40,851 nt of DNA, from the IMG/VR virus record IMGVR_UViG_2671180411_000016; one strand, 5' to 3'. Positions within the stretch are counted from its first letter, which is position 1. Every line of letters starts with the position of its first letter. The notes under the pieces were generated by a model that saw only the letters and a list, made by a program, of their open reading frames with translations, searched no databases and was not told the DNA's origin. This DNA comes from a virus. Lineage: Duplodnaviria > Heunggongvirae > Uroviricota > Caudoviricetes. The position numbers and the translations under genes were made by a program. Below are positions 1 to 9,449 of the stretch, piece by piece.

Positions 1-90
1 GATGGCATCGATCACACTCAGCAGCTGCGTGGACTTCAGGTTGTCCTTCGCTTCGCGCGGGGTATGCCCCTTACTGCTGCCTTTACCCAT
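1..90 (-). CDS. tail tip/host specificity protein J, N-terminal 30 codons only (gene runs off the window start)
   Basis: Reverse complement of 1..90 translates to MGKGSSKGHTPREAKDNLKSTQLLSVIDAI, the remembered N-terminus of lambda J; ATG at 88..90. Confidence 0.8.
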   Translation of the reverse strand, partial: MGKGSSKGHTPREAKDNLKSTQLLSVIDAI

Positions 91-112
91 TCCTCACGCT
101 CCATAAACGACA

Positions 113-132
113 AAACCGCCCGCAGGCGGTTT
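113..132 (-). other. stem-loop (AAACCGCC-CGCA-GGCGGTTT) between tail genes I and J
   Basis: 8 bp inverted repeat with 4 nt loop read directly; U-rich flank on the minus strand is only moderate. Confidence 0.4.
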
Positions 133-150
133 CTCATAAAACATTTTGCA

Positions 151-798
151 TCAGCGACCAATCACCACAACCTGACCACCATCCCCTTCGTCTGCCGTGC
201 TGATCTCCTGAGAAACCACACGTGACCCCACGCGCATTTCCCCGTACAGAACAGGCAGAACATTACCCTGGGCAACCATGTTATCCAGTGACGAGAAATA
301 CGTGTTCTGTTTGCCGTTATCTGTACTGGCTGCCGTGGGCGTCCTGGCTTTCGGTGCCAGCATCTGCGCCACACCACCCAGGATCATACTGGCCCCTGCT
401 GCATACATACCCGATACAGCCGCGGCCCCCAGCCAGCCCACAGGGTTCCACCATGCCACCGCAATCAGCGCCGCACCCAGCACCGCCTGAAACACACCGC
501 CACTTTTGGCACCCGCCAGACGCGGAACGATGTGGATCACGGCACCATTTGCCAGCGGTTCATTAAGACGGGCAGATAATTCATTTTCGCCTGCATCACG
601 CCCGGCAATGCGCACCTGATACCAGCCGTCGCTCAGTTTCTGACGAAATGCCGGGAGCTGTGTGGCCAGTGCCCGGATGGCTTCGGCCCCCGTTTTCACA
701 CGAAGGTCGATGCGGCGGCCAAATCGCTGCAAATCCCCGTAAAGGCAGATGCGTGCCATGCCCGGTGACGCCAGAGGGAGTGTGTGCGTCGCTGCCAT
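151..798 (-). CDS. tail assembly protein I (lambda I homolog)
   Basis: 215 aa ORF; N-terminal MAATHTLPLASPGMARICLYGDLQRFGRRIDLRVKTGAEAIRALA and C-terminal NGKQNTYFSSLDNMVAQGNVLPVLYGEMRVGSRVV match remembered lambda I. Confidence 0.85.
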   Translation of the reverse strand: MAATHTLPLASPGMARICLYGDLQRFGRRIDLRVKTGAEAIRALATQLPAFRQKLSDGWYQVRIAGRDAGENELSARLNEPLANGAVIHIVPRLAGAKSGGVFQAVLGAALIAVAWWNPVGWLGAAAVSGMYAAGASMILGGVAQMLAPKARTPTAASTDNGKQNTYFSSLDNMVAQGNVLPVLYGEMRVGSRVVSQEISTADEGDGGQVVVIGR

Positions 799-1439
799 TT
801 GTCGGTGTACCTCTCTCGTTTGCTCAGTTGTTCAGGAATATGGTGCAGCAGCTCGCCGTCACCACAGTAAATGGCGGCATGATTCGGCACCGATGAACCA
901 AAGCAGCACAGCAGCACATCGCCCGGCTGCGCCGTTGACAACGGCACCTGATACAGCCCTGTAGCCTCCAGATTATCCAGATAGAGATTCTGACCGTTAC
1001 GCCACCAGTCATCCTCACGATAAAAGTCCGGCATCTCAATCCCCGCCAGATGGTAAGCGTCCCGGAACAGCGTGTAACAGTCCGTCACCCCGTGCTCAAA
1101 GCGCCGCCCGGTGAGATGCGGCACACAGCGGAACTTATGAATCGCCCCCCGGCAGACCAGCCACCACGGCAAATCACTCTGCACCTGCAGCCGCCGGTCG
1201 GCCTCACTCAGCCAGGGCAGACCACCGGGATGACTGTGGACCAGCGCCACAATCTCACCCTGCATTTCTGCCTGCAGCCAGTCCTCCGGCGACATCCGGA
1301 AATAATCCTCCGGCTCACCGGAGATATTCACGCAGGGAAAATATCTTTCCCCCTCCGGTGTTCTCACCACGAAGCCGCACGACTCCGCTGGCGCACATCG
1401 CCGGGCGTGCGCCAGAATCGCTGATTCTGTCTCTGTCAT
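696..1439 (-). CDS. tail assembly protein K (MPN/JAB plus NlpC/P60-like; lambda K homolog)
   Basis: ORF 696..1481; HSHP motif and Cys/His residues; start placed at the internal Met (MTETESAIL) next to the L stop; overlaps the start of I as in lambda. Confidence 0.75.
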   Translation of the reverse strand: MTETESAILAHARRCAPAESCGFVVRTPEGERYFPCVNISGEPEDYFRMSPEDWLQAEMQGEIVALVHSHPGGLPWLSEADRRLQVQSDLPWWLVCRGAIHKFRCVPHLTGRRFEHGVTDCYTLFRDAYHLAGIEMPDFYREDDWWRNGQNLYLDNLEATGLYQVPLSTAQPGDVLLCCFGSSVPNHAAIYCGDGELLHHIPEQLSKRERYTDKWQRRTHSLWRHRAWHASAFTGICSDLAAASTFV

Positions 1440-1443
1440 GGGA

Positions 1444-2142
1444 TTACTGCGAAAGTTTGTTAATGGAAAGGAAGCCGCCAAAGTTGCCGACGTTATTGCG
1501 GAACTTACAACCGCTCAGGCATTTGCTGCATTTATCCTTCGTGATATCGGACGTTGGCTGGTCATATTCATCCGCGACAGCCGGACCGTGATAACCGCAC
1601 TCATCACCGCGATAGGTCCAGGTGCAGGTATTAGCAAGCATGATGCGCCCCGGAAAAACAGCGCCGTCCGTTTCCGTCGGCGTGGACAGTACAAAGGAGG
1701 CACTGACCGCGCTCAGTTCGCTGCACTGCTCAATACGCCAGCGGCTGATCACCTCCTGCTCCGGATCGGCGTCACTGTTTCCGTTGACGAAGTTCACCGC
1801 ATCCAGAAAACGGGCGTAAACCTTACGCCTGACCACCGTTCCGCCGACCAGACTCTGCAGGTCTTCCGCCATCCCGGTGACCATGCCGTGCAGATTAGAG
1901 ACTTTCAGCGTTGGCCTTGCACTGGCACCTTTGCCGTTCATCTCAAATCCACTCCCCTGAATGGGATAGGCCTGATACTGCCGACTCTGCCAGGTGACAG
2001 ACTCTCCTTTCTCGTTCTGCTCATTGCAGAAAAAGTAGCGATCCCCGCCTACCTCGGTCAGGTCGATTTCCCAGAGCACCACGCTGGCCGACTGCTCCGC
2101 ACGAATGCATTCATTCAGCGTTTCCTGTTGTATGTCCTGCAT
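1444..2142 (-). CDS. minor tail protein L
   Basis: 232 aa, same length as lambda L; C-terminal Cys cluster; position between M and K. Confidence 0.8.
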   Translation of the reverse strand: MQDIQQETLNECIRAEQSASVVLWEIDLTEVGGDRYFFCNEQNEKGESVTWQSRQYQAYPIQGSGFEMNGKGASARPTLKVSNLHGMVTGMAEDLQSLVGGTVVRRKVYARFLDAVNFVNGNSDADPEQEVISRWRIEQCSELSAVSASFVLSTPTETDGAVFPGRIMLANTCTWTYRGDECGYHGPAVADEYDQPTSDITKDKCSKCLSGCKFRNNVGNFGGFLSINKLSQ

Positions 2143-2480
2143 CAGATCACCACTTCGTCAAACTGACACGAAAAATCGGTATAGGTGATATGTTCTGTCG
2201 CTGACCACGTTCGACACACCACTCTGATTTTTCTGTTAATACCCGGCGGGCGCCAAAAAAAAGATTTATAGCCTTCATGCCGGGCTAAAAATTTTTCAAA
2301 TGAATCACGTTCATTCGCCTCAACTTTGAAATCACAGGTGAAAACGCGCAGAGAATGATTAAGTCCATTTGGACTTCGTTGCTCATAACCATCACCAAAT
2401 CTTACAGTTTTTATCGATGGTTTATTTTCTGTTTTCATTCCATCCTCTGGTAACCAGTGAAATTCTTCCGTATTAGCCAC
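2142..2480 (-). CDS. minor tail protein M
   Basis: 112 aa; [12 protein letters not shown] and FFWRPPG motifs resemble lambda M; stop overlaps the L start. Confidence 0.8.
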   Translation of the reverse strand: MANTEEFHWLPEDGMKTENKPSIKTVRFGDGYEQRSPNGLNHSLRVFTCDFKVEANERDSFEKFLARHEGYKSFFWRPPGINRKIRVVCRTWSATEHITYTDFSCQFDEVVI

Positions 2481-5400
2481 TTAACATTCCCCCATCACGT
2501 CGCATATTTAACAGATTGCCCTGCACCCGCTGATCAACCATCCCCATAAGTGCTTTTATTGCCTGAGGGCCAATCTCTCCATTCTGGCCGTCATTTTGAA
2601 TAGTGATTTGGTATACAGGGGCATAGGTAATATCTCCGCCTCCATTACCACTTTTACTATTAATAGCTCTGACACCAAGAGAACCATCGGAAGTTCGTGT
2701 TAATGGCATAATGGCTTCCGGTCCAGCCTCACCAAAAACACCAGCCCCTTTTGCAAAAGCAAAAAATTGCGGGGAATCATAAATACCGTTCGAATACGTG
2801 CTCAATGACGGAGACTCATAAACACCGCCCTTTGCATTCGGAATAAATTTACTAATAGCACTCCCGATAGTTCCTAAAATCCCCCCAGAAGAACTGTTAC
2901 TAATGCTGTCGAAAATCCCAGTAATTGAAGCCTTTAATGCTATTCGACTAAGATCCGAAATCACGGAAGTAGCGAAAGAACGAAAATTTGCCTTGCCTGT
3001 CGTGACAAAATCACCCAGCGCATCGGTCATCCCATCAAACATCTGAGTCGTGGTTGATTTTATCTGCTCACTGATATCCTTAGTGTCATCCAGCCAGTTA
3101 TTGAATCCCTGGGAGGCACCACTAACCCAGTCTCCTGCCTGAATATCGAGCTGCTCGTTTTTCTGTCTGACAATTTCTTTTTCCCGTTCCAGAGCATCAT
3201 TCAGAGCCTGCATTTTCTCTTGAAAAACATGATCTGACATTCCACGGGATTTATCTGCATAGTCACGTTCAAGTTGCAGACGCTGATTGTTATATCCATG
3301 TTCAATCCGCAGTAATTCCTGCTGGCGTTGCTGATTTTTATCGCCAACCCCATAACCAGCAATCTGAATATCATACCCCTGCTGACGATTATCAATCGAA
3401 GCCTGCAATGAATCACGCCATGCTGTTATTTCGGCGGATTCCTTGATTAGCCTGTTATTTTTTTCAATCGCAACATTTTTCTCCATCAACGTGGTTATTT
3501 CTTCCCGGTGTAAGAGAAGCGATTTCTGATCCTGGGTTAATTTCGATGATGGTCGTGACTCTAGGTCGGCAATCCGCTGACGCCACTTAACCAGTTCCTG
3601 TTCAGAGGAACTTAATTTAACGGTCAACTCAGCTTGTGAACTTAGTAACGCATTCTGTTGATTCAGATGATCAATCATTCGTTGGGCTGCATCATCAGAA
3701 TAACCTTTCGCCTTTGGTTGCTTTGGATCTTTATAACGCTCATTTATTTGAGCGATAAGATTATTATATTCTTCCTTTGAATACTGATTCTTTAGCTTTT
3801 CCAGTTTTGCAAGTTCACTAGCTCTCTGCTGCTCCCGGGTCTGATATTGTTTTGAAAAGGCATCTGCTCTCTGTCTGAGTTCAATTCCTTCCTGTTGTCG
3901 CTTGTTGTAATCGTTTATTGATGAATTTAGTACGTCCTGAGCAATTTTTTCTGCTTGAAGTACGCCCAATTGCTGCTTTAATCGTGCCAGCCTTTTATTT
4001 TGAGCTCCGCCATCTCCAATGCCACCTAACCCGAAAACTCCGGGTCGGGTATTTTTTTCTATTTCATCAATTTGACGGAGAACATCTGAGATTTTTTGAT
4101 CAAGGGAGGCCTCACGGCCAATATCCAGCATGGAATCCCATGCCCATTTTGCGGAGTCTGCGACAGCTTTCCATGCAGTCTCAAGATAACCAAGATTTTC
4201 TTTAATCTGGTTGGTGCGCTGGATCATTGAGGATGAGTATTCTTCTGTCGCAATGCGGGCGGCCTCCTGCTGGTTCCCTTCATCCTGTAGCGCCTTAATC
4301 TGGTTATAAGTCGCAAGTGTCAGAAAATGGTACTGATCATTAAGTTTTGATATGGCACTGACAGGATCCTTTGCAATTTCATTGAAGTCATTAACCAGTT
4401 GTTCGGTTGATATTCCTGTTACTTCGCTCGTTTTTACTATCGCTGTCGTCACTTGCTCCAGCGAACTGCTCGCTACCTTTCCCGAACGCACAAGCTGATT
4501 TAATACTGCCGCCGCAGCACCAGTTGTCGAATCAGCCGCATTCCCGGCACGTTGAGCTATATCGCCCAATTGCCCGCTGGTTGTCCCCAACTGATTTCCG
4601 GTAAGAATAAGAGATTTATTAAATTCGTCCTGCTCCTGAGAGCCTTTATAGTAAGCCAGTCCTAAGACCCCAACGGCTGCTGCGGCCAGGGTAAAAGGAT
4701 TAATTAATCCCAGCACATAAGAACCTACACCTTTGATCGCCGGGCCAATCCCACCGAACATATCTTTTAGCTGGCCGCCCTGCTGCATTAACACCATAAA
4801 TGGCGACTGACCAGTGGACAACCCAACAACAATATCCGTCATTTGTACAGGCAACATGCGCATAGCAAAAGCCGTTTGTTTTGCCGACATTCCGGTTTTG
4901 CTTAATTGTGATTGAGTAACCTCAAGCTCACTCCGCATAGCACGAAGTTTTCCAGAAAGCTCCTCATACATTTCAGGAGAAAGCATCCCCTTAGCTTTTG
5001 CTTCATTGAGCTGTTTCTGTTGTTCTACCAGACGATTAAAAGCAGTTCCGACAGGATCAAGTTGAGCAATCAGACGTTGCAAAGCAACAACCTGTTCATC
5101 ATGCGCTTTTGCTGCTTCTCGCTCTGCCTGAGCCTCTCCGGTAAGCTCTCGCCGTGTTTCCTGTATTTTTCGGCTATAATTCTCAAACTGAGAACCATTT
5201 ATTTTCCCGGATGCAAACGCAGCATTAAGTTCATCATGCTGTTGTTCAAGATTTCTTAGCGCCGCAGCCAGAGGGTCGATCTTGTCCAGCATTCTTTGAA
5301 AGGCCTGAGCCTGCGCTTCCTGCTGGGCGGCAGCAAGTTTTCCGGCCTTCTCGGCTTCTCTCTGCGCTTGCGCAACCCCGCTCAATTCCTCTGTGGTTTC

Positions 5401-5706
5401 ATTAAGTTTACGGACAAGAAATTCATATTCTTCTTTATCAATAAGCCCTTTATCGAAAAATTTCTTTAATTCAGAATAGCGTCGACCGACAGTATCAATT
5501 GCGGCACCAACTGGATCAATAGCTGCTTTTAATTTTGCGAGCGCGTTCTTCTCATCTTCTGTTGCCTTAGTCACTTTCCCTGCGCTATTTGCAGCAGTTT
5601 CCCCAGCCTGCGTCATTTTGACTAATGAGGAGGTCAGATTGTCAGCATTATTTTTCGCTCCAGTGCTATCAATAATTATTGCGAGACGCGAGGTTTGCTC
5701 TGCCAT
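2473..5706 (-). CDS. tail tape measure protein (lambda H equivalent)
   Basis: 1077 aa, long coiled-coil N-terminal half, glycine-rich hydrophobic central segment; sits between the G-T chaperone and M. Confidence 0.9.
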   Translation of the reverse strand: MAEQTSRLAIIIDSTGAKNNADNLTSSLVKMTQAGETAANSAGKVTKATEDEKNALAKLKAAIDPVGAAIDTVGRRYSELKKFFDKGLIDKEEYEFLVRKLNETTEELSGVAQAQREAEKAGKLAAAQQEAQAQAFQRMLDKIDPLAAALRNLEQQHDELNAAFASGKINGSQFENYSRKIQETRRELTGEAQAEREAAKAHDEQVVALQRLIAQLDPVGTAFNRLVEQQKQLNEAKAKGMLSPEMYEELSGKLRAMRSELEVTQSQLSKTGMSAKQTAFAMRMLPVQMTDIVVGLSTGQSPFMVLMQQGGQLKDMFGGIGPAIKGVGSYVLGLINPFTLAAAAVGVLGLAYYKGSQEQDEFNKSLILTGNQLGTTSGQLGDIAQRAGNAADSTTGAAAAVLNQLVRSGKVASSSLEQVTTAIVKTSEVTGISTEQLVNDFNEIAKDPVSAISKLNDQYHFLTLATYNQIKALQDEGNQQEAARIATEEYSSSMIQRTNQIKENLGYLETAWKAVADSAKWAWDSMLDIGREASLDQKISDVLRQIDEIEKNTRPGVFGLGGIGDGGAQNKRLARLKQQLGVLQAEKIAQDVLNSSINDYNKRQQEGIELRQRADAFSKQYQTREQQRASELAKLEKLKNQYSKEEYNNLIAQINERYKDPKQPKAKGYSDDAAQRMIDHLNQQNALLSSQAELTVKLSSSEQELVKWRQRIADLESRPSSKLTQDQKSLLLHREEITTLMEKNVAIEKNNRLIKESAEITAWRDSLQASIDNRQQGYDIQIAGYGVGDKNQQRQQELLRIEHGYNNQRLQLERDYADKSRGMSDHVFQEKMQALNDALEREKEIVRQKNEQLDIQAGDWVSGASQGFNNWLDDTKDISEQIKSTTTQMFDGMTDALGDFVTTGKANFRSFATSVISDLSRIALKASITGIFDSISNSSSGGILGTIGSAISKFIPNAKGGVYESPSLSTYSNGIYDSPQFFAFAKGAGVFGEAGPEAIMPLTRTSDGSLGVRAINSKSGNGGGDITYAPVYQITIQNDGQNGEIGPQAIKALMGMVDQRVQGNLLNMRRDGGMLSG

Positions 5707-5720
5707 TTATTAAAACTCCT

Positions 5721-5751
5721 GACAACAAAAAACCCACCGCGAAGTGGGTTT
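5721..5751 (-). terminator. intrinsic-terminator-like hairpin (AAACCCAC-CGCGAA-GTGGGTTT plus T-run on the minus strand) just upstream of the tape measure start
   Basis: Inverted repeat read directly; on the minus strand it is followed by TTTTTTGTTGTC. Confidence 0.5.
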
Positions 5752-5871
5752 CAGGCGACATAATAGTAGATATAGCGATTACGAGGCCACGCAATGCTTT
5801 TCTCCAGGAGCATCATCGATTTAATTAAAGACACCATCACATCTCTGTAACAGAGTGTACGTAATTAACAA

Positions 5872-6192
5872 CTACACACACTGCTCCTGAAAATACTGGT
5901 CATCCAGTGCAAAGATCACTGCTTCAAATTCATCGCGCTCAATCAATACCGGATGAGTGGCTAAATATTCATTTATCTCTGTCAGAGATAAAGGCAAAGG
6001 CACCCCAGCCATTCCAGCATAACGTCGGGCACGGGATATTACCGAATAGGCGTACAACAACTCCTTAAGCACCGGGTCTATTTCTGGTTCCGGTATCGGT
6101 GGCAACCTGAGTTTTTCTCGCTTCCATCTTGCCTTTTCCCCCCTTTCTCCCCCGAACTCCGATAACCACCGCTGGGCAGCTATGGCTTTTTT
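5872..6192 (-). CDS. T portion of the tail assembly chaperone G-T fusion, reached by a programmed -1 frameshift
   Basis: The -1 frame is open from the slippery heptamer A_AAA_AAG (plus-strand 6186..6192, at the last G codons) down to the stop at 5872. Confidence 0.65.
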   Translation of the reverse strand, partial: KKAIAAQRWLSEFGGERGEKARWKREKLRLPPIPEPEIDPVLKELLYAYSVISRARRYAGMAGVPLPLSLTEINEYLATHPVLIERDEFEAVIFALDDQYFQEQCV

Positions 6193-6641
6193 ATCGTATC
6201 CTGCTTCTGCTGCTCTTTACCCTGGGCGATGCTGGCTGCTTCTGCAAGGATCTGCCAGTACAACTCTGGATTCTGCTTAAGCAGCGCGATCCCTCGTTCT
6301 GCCGTATATTCCAGTGCAACCTCAACACCATTAACCAGTTCACCAACCCCTTTCCAGTCTTTCAGCAGATAACGAGCGGCATTATCAATGAGTAAATCAT
6401 CAACAGAATCCACCTCGGAAACCTTTGAAATATCAAACTCCTTCGTTCCGACGTGCAAACTGGCATCCATTTTCTCAATGTGGCGACGGATTAATGCATT
6501 ACGGGAGCGATACTGATCGTTATCGCTGCTTGCCACCAACAGTTTTAACCCGTCTACAGGTTTTAAGTCCTTCATTGGCGTAAACCAGCGTTCTCCACCA
6601 ATGATAATTTTCTGATTAAGAATAAACATCCATAACCTCAT
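6180..6641 (-). CDS. tail assembly chaperone G
   Basis: 153 aa ORF between the major tail gene and tape measure; ends ...DTIKKP with the slippery site in its last codons; start uncertain (ATG 6641 or ATG 6629 with GAGG Shine-Dalgarno). Confidence 0.7.
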   Translation of the reverse strand: MRLWMFILNQKIIIGGERWFTPMKDLKPVDGLKLLVASSDNDQYRSRNALIRRHIEKMDASLHVGTKEFDISKVSEVDSVDDLLIDNAARYLLKDWKGVGELVNGVEVALEYTAERGIALLKQNPELYWQILAEAASIAQGKEQQKQDTIKKP

Positions 6642-6689
6642 TCAATGCGTCCCCCTGTAGGGCAGTACCACAGGAGGAATAACGGAAAA

Positions 6690-7652
6690 TCAACTAATCG
6701 CCTCAGCACTGGCTTTTGCGATCACGGCAGCCGGGGAATTTTTTTTTCTGGTTATCGTAGGTGCTTCATCTGCTGCGGTAATGCTCAATTGAACCTGGAT
6801 AATGTCGCTATTACCCCCATCAGGCCATTCACCTGACACCTGAACCTTCGGGAAACTGAAAGTGTATGCCCCCTCTCCATTCGAAAGCGTGAAGCTGAAC
6901 GGAACTGTTTCTCCAGTCAGTGTTTTACTCCAGATTTCCCACGCGGCTTTAGACCATGAAAGCGTCACCGTACCGGACGGTGTAAAAGTAGTCGGAATAT
7001 TTGCTCCTGCATAAGGCGAGCCAGTCCCGATACAACGCTGTGTCTGGAGTTTGTTATCGAACTGAATATCAAAACTGTCGATACAAAAACCGTTACCTCC
7101 GGCAACACCATTCAGGCTTACTGCTGAAACCTCCTTAAACGAATAACGTAGCTTTCCTGCACTATCCACAGGTTCGCCTTTGATAAAATTCGTATCATCG
7201 GCCTTTGATTCCCAGTCCAGTCCGGCAAAGGTTACGGTCGCTGTAATATCGCCGTCGTTAGGGATCTGCATTTTCCATGAGCCAACCTGCGCTCCTCTGA
7301 CGACAGAGGCAATTCCGACATCGGACGCATAGGTCGCCAGAGAAAATGTTATTCGCTCATTCCCCATTGTCAGAGAATCGCCTGACCATTCCGCGCCGAA
7401 ACAGGATGCAAGAAAATCATCATGTTGACCCCAGCGAAATTTGGTACCAACATCACCGCCGACATCCACAGTGCCAGGCGTCGCCCCCTGAGCCATCCGG
7501 GAGCCACCAATCTCATTATTTTCGCCTTTATTCTGGGTGGGTTTTACTCCCCAGCTTGTGCGTTTTAATAAACTCCAGTCACCACTTGCTGGCGTAGTGC
7601 CTGCAACCGTCTCCCGGATAAATGCCGAGATAACCTTTGCACCTGAACTCAC
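6690..7652 (-). CDS. major tail (tube) protein with C-terminal Ig-like extension
   Basis: 320 aa, position of lambda V, Thr/Ser/Gly-rich beta-type composition. Confidence 0.7.
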   Translation of the reverse strand: MSSGAKVISAFIRETVAGTTPASGDWSLLKRTSWGVKPTQNKGENNEIGGSRMAQGATPGTVDVGGDVGTKFRWGQHDDFLASCFGAEWSGDSLTMGNERITFSLATYASDVGIASVVRGAQVGSWKMQIPNDGDITATVTFAGLDWESKADDTNFIKGEPVDSAGKLRYSFKEVSAVSLNGVAGGNGFCIDSFDIQFDNKLQTQRCIGTGSPYAGANIPTTFTPSGTVTLSWSKAAWEIWSKTLTGETVPFSFTLSNGEGAYTFSFPKVQVSGEWPDGGNSDIIQVQLSITAADEAPTITRKKNSPAAVIAKASAEAIS

Positions 7653-7678
7653 AGGAGCCTCCTATGTCATTAATTGCG

Positions 7679-8071
7679 CTAGAGCGCGCGATATGGAATT
7701 TGAAGATTAAGCTGGAACCAGCCATTCTTTTCGCCAACGGCTATTGAGGAAACAGCCTGGTAACTGAGACGATCGTCATCCTGAAACTCAAACAGTTCCC
7801 GCAATTTATCGGCTGTCTCAGTAATGAGTTTTGAACCAGAACCTGCGGGGACAAATAACTGAATAATGATTATCCCCGTGCGATAAACAACCGGCCCCGC
7901 GCCAATTTCATTAACTCCAGCCTGCCCGGGAATATTACTTAACCGCGCCCAGATTAACTTACCGGAAGGATCGAACGTTGGCCCGTTCGGATACAATACG
8001 TCTTTTCCATCAATAATCGTCTGTGCCGTCATTCTGGAAATAACCGTATTTCTGATTTCAGTAAACTTCAT
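7679..8071 (-). CDS. tail terminator / tail completion protein (lambda U-like position)
   Basis: 130 aa ORF immediately upstream of the major tail gene; assignment by synteny only. Confidence 0.5.
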   Translation of the reverse strand: MKFTEIRNTVISRMTAQTIIDGKDVLYPNGPTFDPSGKLIWARLSNIPGQAGVNEIGAGPVVYRTGIIIIQLFVPAGSGSKLITETADKLRELFEFQDDDRLSYQAVSSIAVGEKNGWFQLNLQIPYRAL

Positions 8072-8448
8072 TTGTAAGCCTGTAAAACACCATGAAAAGC
8101 GTTGGCATACACGCCAGTTGGCGCTTGTTGTGAATGACCGTTTTCAAGAGCCTCTGCATAAGGAAGGTTATTCTGGATATAAATAACCCCGTAATTTGCA
8201 GCTTTCGAAATAACCCCGATCCCACGCTGAACAGCAATCGTACCGTTCGGATCCACGTTATCAGATATACCAAAATCGGGATGCTGTAACGACACCAGGT
8301 TGTTATTTCTGAAACGTCCGGTATCAACCGGAGCAGCAATATCAATAGCAGTAAGAATCTGCATAGCGATGTAGCGAATCTTCAGCCCTACATCTTCCTC
8401 AATCATCCCGGCAAATATTGACGGTTCTATATCCCATGCCTTTGCCAT
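8068..8448 (-). CDS. HK97 gp10-family tail component
   Basis: 126 aa; PVDTGRFRNN resembles the HK97 gp10 family motif; overlapping start/stop with neighbours. Confidence 0.55.
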   Translation of the reverse strand: MAKAWDIEPSIFAGMIEEDVGLKIRYIAMQILTAIDIAAPVDTGRFRNNNLVSLQHPDFGISDNVDPNGTIAVQRGIGVISKAANYGVIYIQNNLPYAEALENGHSQQAPTGVYANAFHGVLQAYK

Positions 8449-8832
8449 TTACGCTCTCCTTAACTGGATAGAGTAAACTGATGCGGAAGGATCTACACTT
8501 GCTGTAATTACCTCGTATCGTTGTAACTGCCTTGATACAGGATCATAAATCTCAATAATATGGTCGACAGCTGGTTTATCCGTAACCTCGCATACCAGAG
8601 CGGTTAATTTAAGGTCACCATGCAAAATATTAATCCCATCAATTCTGCCCAGCTTATAACGTGTCAACACGCCTCGCCCGGTATAGATTGCGGTTGATTC
8701 GCCGCCAGTTTCCGTCACAGGATCCCAGTGCCGGTGCGTAACGTAAGAACCAGAAAAATCACTCACGGCGTCCGCTAAATCCTCATCAAAAGCAGCGGCA
8801 ACCTCTGACTGAATCTCTTCACGAAGCCCCAT
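8449..8832 (-). CDS. head-tail joining / head closure protein (candidate)
   Basis: 127 aa ORF in the head-to-tail joining block; by synteny. Confidence 0.45.
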   Translation of the reverse strand: MGLREEIQSEVAAAFDEDLADAVSDFSGSYVTHRHWDPVTETGGESTAIYTGRGVLTRYKLGRIDGINILHGDLKLTALVCEVTDKPAVDHIIEIYDPVSRQLQRYEVITASVDPSASVYSIQLRRA

Positions 8833-9227
8833 TATCCCCCCCTCACAACCCTGACTTGTGAGCGACTAAGTCCGTACGGTTTCAGCAGTGCTATCGCAAG
8901 CTGTAAATCGGGTTCAAGCAATGCAGTGCTGTTTGCTGGCAACTCAGAAAATGATTTCGATACACTGACCCCGTCAGCCGACACGGCTTTACTGATAACA
9001 ACGCCAGAATCATTTTTCTGCTGAAACAACTTACCGAATGAGGCAATTCTGGCTGCATATGCTCCCGCAAGTTTTACCTCTTCCGGAATACGGGATGGGT
9101 TAATTTTCAGGTTGAAGCCATTAAGCCAGGCATTAGCCATTAAAACAGCTTTATTTTTAGCGTTCTCACTCGTCCAGGCGTTCCCAAACGCATTATCAAC
9201 GTCATCACAGGTCACGTAAGTGATCAT
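8832..9227 (-). CDS. head-tail connector protein (gp6-like, candidate)
   Basis: 131 aa ORF directly downstream of the capsid block; by synteny. Confidence 0.45.
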   Translation of the reverse strand: MITYVTCDDVDNAFGNAWTSENAKNKAVLMANAWLNGFNLKINPSRIPEEVKLAGAYAARIASFGKLFQQKNDSGVVISKAVSADGVSVSKSFSELPANSTALLEPDLQLAIALLKPYGLSRSQVRVVRGG

Positions 9228-9230
9228 GTG

Positions 9231-9407
9231 TTACTCCTGAGTTTTCCAGCCCATAGCCTTCCAGTTGTCAACTTCATCAGGATGAACATTAGCGATAGTT
9301 GGTGCGCCGGGAAACATCTGATAATCGGTCACCATAACCACTAACTCAATTTGCGTTTTTTGTGCGGCTTCACGCTGTGCTCTTTGCTCTTTAGTTAATC
9401 CGGCCAT
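9231..9407 (-). CDS. small hypothetical protein (58 aa), not in the supplied ORF track
   Basis: Hand translation gives ATG at 9407, MAGLTKEQRAQREAAQ...WKAMGWKTQE, TAA at 9231..9233; packed between capsid and connector genes. Confidence 0.4.
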   Translation of the reverse strand: MAGLTKEQRAQREAAQKTQIELVVMVTDYQMFPGAPTIANVHPDEVDNWKAMGWKTQE

Positions 9408-9449
9408 ATGCCCCCCATTAAAAATGGGGCCGAAGCCCCGTTTGAATGT

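Noticed and set aside
222-566. Plus-strand ORFs of 70-114 aa overlapping tail gene I
   Set aside because: Antisense to a well-supported gene, proline/arginine-rich translation typical of out-of-frame reading of GC-rich DNA.
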